Shown here: positions 60,014 to 64,000 of the stretch, piece after piece
How the letters are laid out: each line of letters opens with the position of its first letter
Numbering within the stretch: position 1 is the stretch's first letter
NCBI GenBank assembly: GCA_963721805.1
Contig: CAVRJY010000001.1
Location: 1,248,001-1,312,000, forward strand
Direction of reading: 5' to 3'
DNA length: 64,000 nucleotides
Source of the DNA: Nitrospirota bacterium
GTDB lineage: Bacteria > Nitrospirota > Thermodesulfovibrionia > Thermodesulfovibrionales > JdFR-86
The notes under the pieces: generated by a model
Seen by the model: only the letters and a program-made list of their open reading frames with translations
What the model was told of the DNA's origin: nothing
Database searches by the model: none
Position numbers and translations under genes: made by a program

Positions 60014-60997
60014 ATGCCCCACATGAAACCAACATACATTCAGCTTTACCCTACGCTTCGCTGCACGCAGAACTGCACGTTTTGCTTTAACTGGAGCATG
60101 GCACCGCATGGTGCCGACATGTCTTATGATAGTGCCTTGCGGTTGATCGACAAGGCGCTTGAGCACTCGATATCGAGCATCGATATCATGGGCGGCGAGC
60201 CATTTTTGCTTCAGTGGATGCCGCGCTTCATCGCAAACGCACTGGGCCGTGGGATAGCCGTAAATGTCAGCACAAACGGAAGTCTCCCGGATGCATTAAA
60301 AGGCCTGCGCGGCCTGTCGGGGCACCCCCTCCAAGTAGGCGTTTCACTCCAGGGCGCAAGCCCATCCGCCCATGCCGCGCTTTCCGGCTCTGACAACTTC
60401 GGCCTCGCGCTTGAGAGCATCAGGACGTGTCAATCAATCGGGCTTGAGCCAATCGTAAAGACGGTTGTCAGCCGCTGCAATGTGAGCGAGATCGAAGGCA
60501 TCGCCGCGCTGCTTAAGGGCCTTGGAGTGAGGCGCTATAACCTGATCCACATGGATGCGCTTGGCCCGGTCGAGGACTCCTCGACGTATTCATACCCGGA
60601 GTTTATCGAGATCCACCGGCGGGCAGCATGCGCGGGCATCGAGATCGGCAAGGTGCACGCATCGTGTTTCGATCTCGCGGGGCTTGGCGGCACACTGAGG
60701 TGCGCGGGTGGCTCGCGAAAGCTCCTTGTGATGCCGGACGGTACGGTATACCCATGCAACCTGCTGGTGAACGTGGAGGGTTTCAGACTTGGCAATATAT
60801 TTGATGACCAGTACGAGGCGATGATCAACAGCGAGGCGCTCGTCCCGCTTAAGAGGTTTTCCGCGGACAACCATTGCGGCCGCATGGATTGCGGCAATCA
60901 TCGAAACTGCACCGGCGGATGTCCGGCCCACTTGTACACGCATGGGTATTCAATCGATGCGGGCGATCCCCGATGTATGCGTCTTAGCCGTACTTGA
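60014..60997 (+). CDS. Radical SAM protein with C-terminal SPASM domain
   Basis: CTQNCTFC, GGEP, STNG, CAGG...DGTVYPC, C..C...CTGGCPA. Confidence 0.9.
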   Translation: MPHMKPTYIQLYPTLRCTQNCTFCFNWSMAPHGADMSYDSALRLIDKALEHSISSIDIMGGEPFLLQWMPRFIANALGRGIAVNVSTNGSLPDALKGLRGLSGHPLQVGVSLQGASPSAHAALSGSDNFGLALESIRTCQSIGLEPIVKTVVSRCNVSEIEGIAALLKGLGVRRYNLIHMDALGPVEDSSTYSYPEFIEIHRRAACAGIEIGKVHASCFDLAGLGGTLRCAGGSRKLLVMPDGTVYPCNLLVNVEGFRLGNIFDDQYEAMINSEALVPLKRFSADNHCGRMDCGNHRNCTGGCPAHLYTHGYSIDAGDPRCMRLSRT

Positions 60998-61238
60998 GCT
61001 TCAGATACAGCAGGTAGCACGACAGCACGAACGTAGTGGAGTTTGCGGCGATTATCGGCGACGAATGGAGCATGATCCCGTAGACCGCCCAAAGCCCGAT
61101 GCCGAGCGTGAGCATGACCAGCATCATCAGCGAGAGGTCCTTGGTGTGCCTGCTCTTGTGGGCCTTGATGACCTGCGGGACGTATGAGACGGTCGTGCAG
61201 AATGCGGCCACTATGCCGACCGTAAATAACGCATCCAT
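60984..61238 (-). CDS. SemiSWEET/PQ-loop transporter
   Basis: CTTVSYVPQV, TKDLSL, LWAVYG, PIIAAN. Confidence 0.9.
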   Translation of the reverse strand: MDALFTVGIVAAFCTTVSYVPQVIKAHKSRHTKDLSLMMLVMLTLGIGLWAVYGIMLHSSPIIAANSTTFVLSCYLLYLKLKYG

Positions 61239-61831
61239 CAGAGCTTCCGGCGGCCTTCCAGGGATTTTCTGAGCGTGACCTCGTCAGCGAACTCTATGTC
61301 CCCGCCCATCGGCAGGCCGTAAGCGATACGCGTGACCTCGACCTGAAGCCCGGCGAGCGCCTCTTTCAGGTACTGCGCGGTCATCTCGCCCTTGGAGTTC
61401 GGGTTGGTGGCAATGATCACCTCTTCGATGCCGCCGTCTTTCACGCGTCGGATGAGCTCAGCGATCTTGAGTTTGTCGGGCGTGATGCCGTCTATGGGCG
61501 AGAGAGCGCCGAGCAGGACGTGATACCTACCGCGGAACGAGCCCGAGCGCTCGATCACGCTGATGTTGCTCGGCTCCTCGACCACGCAGATCTGTCTGGC
61601 GTTGCGCGAGGGATCGGAGCATATCGAGCAGACCTCGGCCTCGGTGATATTAAAGCAGATGGAGCAGAACCGGGCGTTGTCCTTGACGTCGATGATCGCA
61701 TTGGCGATGGCCTTGGCCTCATTCGTGGGCATCGCGAGCACAAAAAACGCGAGCCTCTGGGCGGTCTTTCTGCCGATGCCCGGAAGCTTCATGAACTGCT
61801 CTGTAAGGTTTTCGATGATGCCGGTAGCCAT
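61238..61831 (-). CDS. recR: Recombination protein RecR
   Basis: LPGIGRKTAQRL, C4 zinc finger, TOPRIM ICVVEE, TRIAYGLPMGG. Confidence 0.98.
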   Translation of the reverse strand: MATGIIENLTEQFMKLPGIGRKTAQRLAFFVLAMPTNEAKAIANAIIDVKDNARFCSICFNITEAEVCSICSDPSRNARQICVVEEPSNISVIERSGSFRGRYHVLLGALSPIDGITPDKLKIAELIRRVKDGGIEEVIIATNPNSKGEMTAQYLKEALAGLQVEVTRIAYGLPMGGDIEFADEVTLRKSLEGRRKL

Positions 61832-61840
61832 GAGCTCGAT

Positions 61841-62179
61841 CTAGCCTAAAAGGTCCCCAAGGCCGCCCATGCCCGGAATCTGGAGCCCTCCGGTGAGCTT
61901 CGACATCTCGGCCGCCACCATCTCGCGGCTGCGGCGCAGGGCCTCGTTAGTGGCCGCGAGTACGAGGTCCTGGAGCATCTCGACGTCATTGGGGTCGACG
62001 ACGTCCTTCTCGATCTTGATCGATATGACCTCGCCCGCTCCGCTTGCAACGACCGTGACCATGCCGCCGCCTGCGGTGGCCTCTACGGTCTTATTCTTGG
62101 CCTCTTCCTGCATGCGGGCCATCTCGGCCTGGAGCTTCTGGGCCTGCTGCATTATGTTACCGAGCATTTTCTTGGACAT
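61841..62179 (-). CDS. ybaB: YbaB/EbfC nucleoid-associated protein
   Basis: MQQAQKLQ, AGGGMVTV, EMLQDLV.AA.N; dnaX-ybaB-recR order. Confidence 0.95.
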   Translation of the reverse strand: MSKKMLGNIMQQAQKLQAEMARMQEEAKNKTVEATAGGGMVTVVASGAGEVISIKIEKDVVDPNDVEMLQDLVLAATNEALRRSREMVAAEMSKLTGGLQIPGMGGLGDLLG

Positions 62180-62191
62180 GGGTTCTCCTTA

Positions 62192-63835
62192 TTATTCTAC
62201 TGCCTTATAGTCCACGAGCCTGCCCTCGAAGAGGTCCATCACCTCTTTGACCGTGGGGTCGGCCAGCGCGCGGGCTTTGAGGTCCACGGAAGGGGCCGCG
62301 ACGGACGCGGTCTTGCCGATAAGTATCGCGACCTTCGTGGGCGTATGCCTGATATCGGAAGCGAGCTTTTGAAGCAGTGCCGATTTCTTATCGAGCGAAT
62401 CCCTGCGGTGCGTGACATTGTCGCCGGTTATGGTGATAGATAGCGTGTCGCCGTCAAGCGCGGCCACCGCGTCTTCGCCGATATGAGAGGACAGCAGAGT
62501 GTTCATCCCCCTGAGCATCGCATCGAGCAGCGAGTCCGCATCCATCGGAGCGATATCGACAAGCTCATCTTCCTCGACGGGCGGTTCGTCCTCCTCGACA
62601 GGCGGCTCGTCTGTCACTATGGGGGCCTTGACCATCTTCGGGGCTGGAGGGCGCGGGGCCGGCATCTTGAGCGCCGGGGCGTGCTCGACCGGTTTAGGGT
62701 GGCCGTGGCCCAGGGCGGCTATCGCGTCCTTGAGCGTCGAAAACGTGGTAAGGTAGCTGACCTTCAGGAGCGCCATCTCGAGCGCGACCCTCGGCCATGA
62801 CGAGAACTTTATCTCGCCCTCGGCCTTGATCAGCTCATTAAGTATCAGGCTCAGGTGTTCTTCCGATAGACCCTCGGCAGCCTGCTTAAGCTGAGCCATC
62901 TCCTCTGAGGTGAGTTCGAGGGCGTCGCCGGTATCGGCCTTCATGATCTTCACGACCAGCAGGTCGCGGAAGTGCTTTATGAGGTCGCGGCCGAACCCGC
63001 GCAGGTCCGTGCCACGGCCCACGAGGTCCGAGACAATGGCGAGCACACCTGCGCGGTCGCCCGAGGTGCAGGCCAGCGCGAGGCTGTGGAGCGTTCTGAA
63101 GTCCGAGATGTCGAGCAGGCCCTTTACGTCGTCCTCATTAACGTGCTCGGAAAACGATGTGACCTGATCGAGTATCGTGAGGCCGTCGCGCATGCTGCCG
63201 TCTGCCGCGCGCGCAACGAGGCTCAGCGCGTCGTCCGTGATGCCGATGCCGTCGGTCGAGACGATATGCGCGAGCCGGGCCTTGATGTCCGAGGTCGAGA
63301 CGCGCCTGAAGGGCATGTGCTGGCAGCGCGAGAGTACGGTGGCCGGGACCTTCTTGGCTTCGGTCGTGGCCATGACGAATACGACATGCGGCGGGGGCTC
63401 TTCGAGTGTTTTGAGCAGCGCGTTGAAGGCCGAGGTCGAGAGCATGTGGGCCTCGTCGATTATATAGACCTTGTAGCGGCCGGAGGGGGCGTATTTAACG
63501 CGTTCGCGCAGATCGCGGACGTCATCGACGCTGTTATTAGACGCGCCGTCGATCTCGAGCACGTCGACCGAGCTTCCGTCCGTGATCGAGACGCATGACG
63601 AGCATACGCCGCAGGGGGTACTCGTGGGCCCGTCGAATGAGGTGCAGTTGAGGCCCATCGCGAGGATGCGGGCCGCCGTGGTCTTGCCCACGCCGCGCGG
63701 CCCAGCGAAGATGTAGGCATGGGAGATCTTACTCTGCGAGATCGCGTTTGCGAGGATCTGCACGATAGGGCCCTGTCCGACGAGGTCGTCGAACCGGCGC
63801 GGACGCCATTTTCTTGCCAGTACGAGGTAGCCCAT
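62192..63835 (-). CDS. dnaX: DNA polymerase III subunit gamma/tau
   Basis: YLVLARKWRP, GPRGVGKTT, EIDGASN, IDEAHML, LKTLEEPP, SRC. Confidence 0.98.
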   Translation of the reverse strand: MGYLVLARKWRPRRFDDLVGQGPIVQILANAISQSKISHAYIFAGPRGVGKTTAARILAMGLNCTSFDGPTSTPCGVCSSCVSITDGSSVDVLEIDGASNNSVDDVRDLRERVKYAPSGRYKVYIIDEAHMLSTSAFNALLKTLEEPPPHVVFVMATTEAKKVPATVLSRCQHMPFRRVSTSDIKARLAHIVSTDGIGITDDALSLVARAADGSMRDGLTILDQVTSFSEHVNEDDVKGLLDISDFRTLHSLALACTSGDRAGVLAIVSDLVGRGTDLRGFGRDLIKHFRDLLVVKIMKADTGDALELTSEEMAQLKQAAEGLSEEHLSLILNELIKAEGEIKFSSWPRVALEMALLKVSYLTTFSTLKDAIAALGHGHPKPVEHAPALKMPAPRPPAPKMVKAPIVTDEPPVEEDEPPVEEDELVDIAPMDADSLLDAMLRGMNTLLSSHIGEDAVAALDGDTLSITITGDNVTHRRDSLDKKSALLQKLASDIRHTPTKVAILIGKTASVAAPSVDLKARALADPTVKEVMDLFEGRLVDYKAVE

Positions 63836-63853
63836 ATAGGTGGAGGTATTGCC

Positions 63854-63966
63854 TTCAATCAGGCAACGGCTTGCTGCGGCACACAGGCATAACGCTTACC
63901 GTTGCTTCCTTCCGGACCTGGCGGATTTCACATCGTCCCGTTGCGCAGGGCCATTGCCTGATTGAA
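63854..63966 (-). ncRNA. ffs: Signal recognition particle RNA
   Basis: Minus strand CAGGTCCGGAAGGAAGCAAC core with GGAA loop; long closing stem TTCAATCAGGCAA/TTGCCTGATTGAA; upstream of dnaX. Confidence 0.93.
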
Positions 63967-64000
63967 AAAAACACCTCGCGTCCCGCGTCTTGCTGAGAGG

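Noticed and set aside
63985..64000. Possible 3' end of a tRNA upstream of ffs on the minus strand
   Set aside because: Too little sequence in the window, and no CCA or T-arm is visible.

Overview
About 64 kb of GC-rich bacterial chromosome. Gene content and order suggest a Nitrospirota/Thermodesulfovibrionia-like or deltaproteobacteria-like anaerobe (inference only). Most of it is housekeeping: groES-groEL with a perfect CIRCE, a stand-alone nuoN, gltX-glnS-gpsA-larB, tilS, hisAF, ilvBN, xseAB, GTP-PEPCK, hcp, rpmE-DUF1385-prfA-prmC, lolA, proS, mtaD, and SRP RNA-dnaX-ybaB-recR. There are three accessory blocks. (1) An AT-rich islet at ~2.9-5.8 kb, where a 596-bp TnpA-only IS200/IS605 element (3885..4480) sits inside a gene. 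Removing it in silico restores an in-frame 419-aa STAS-like/HATPase/STAS-like (DUF4325) protein, and its guide and cleavage tetranucleotides co-vary as expected for peel-and-paste transposition. (2) A surface-glycan cluster at 18.2-30.1 kb with seven glycosyltransferases, galE, a sulfotransferase and a YejM-like sulfatase-fold membrane protein. (3) A stress/envelope island at ~41.9-50.6 kb with an APH kinase + HAD pair, Gly/Glu/His-rich lipoproteins, an Ig-like + DUF3494 protein, BON proteins and small membrane proteins. Also notable: an internally duplicated kinase/pseudokinase-like gene overlapping the PEPCK stop, several apparently leaderless genes, and four single-base frameshifts in three genes, which may be assembly errors. 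No CRISPR array, rRNA or complete tRNA was seen. Family assignments are by eye from motifs; no searches were run.
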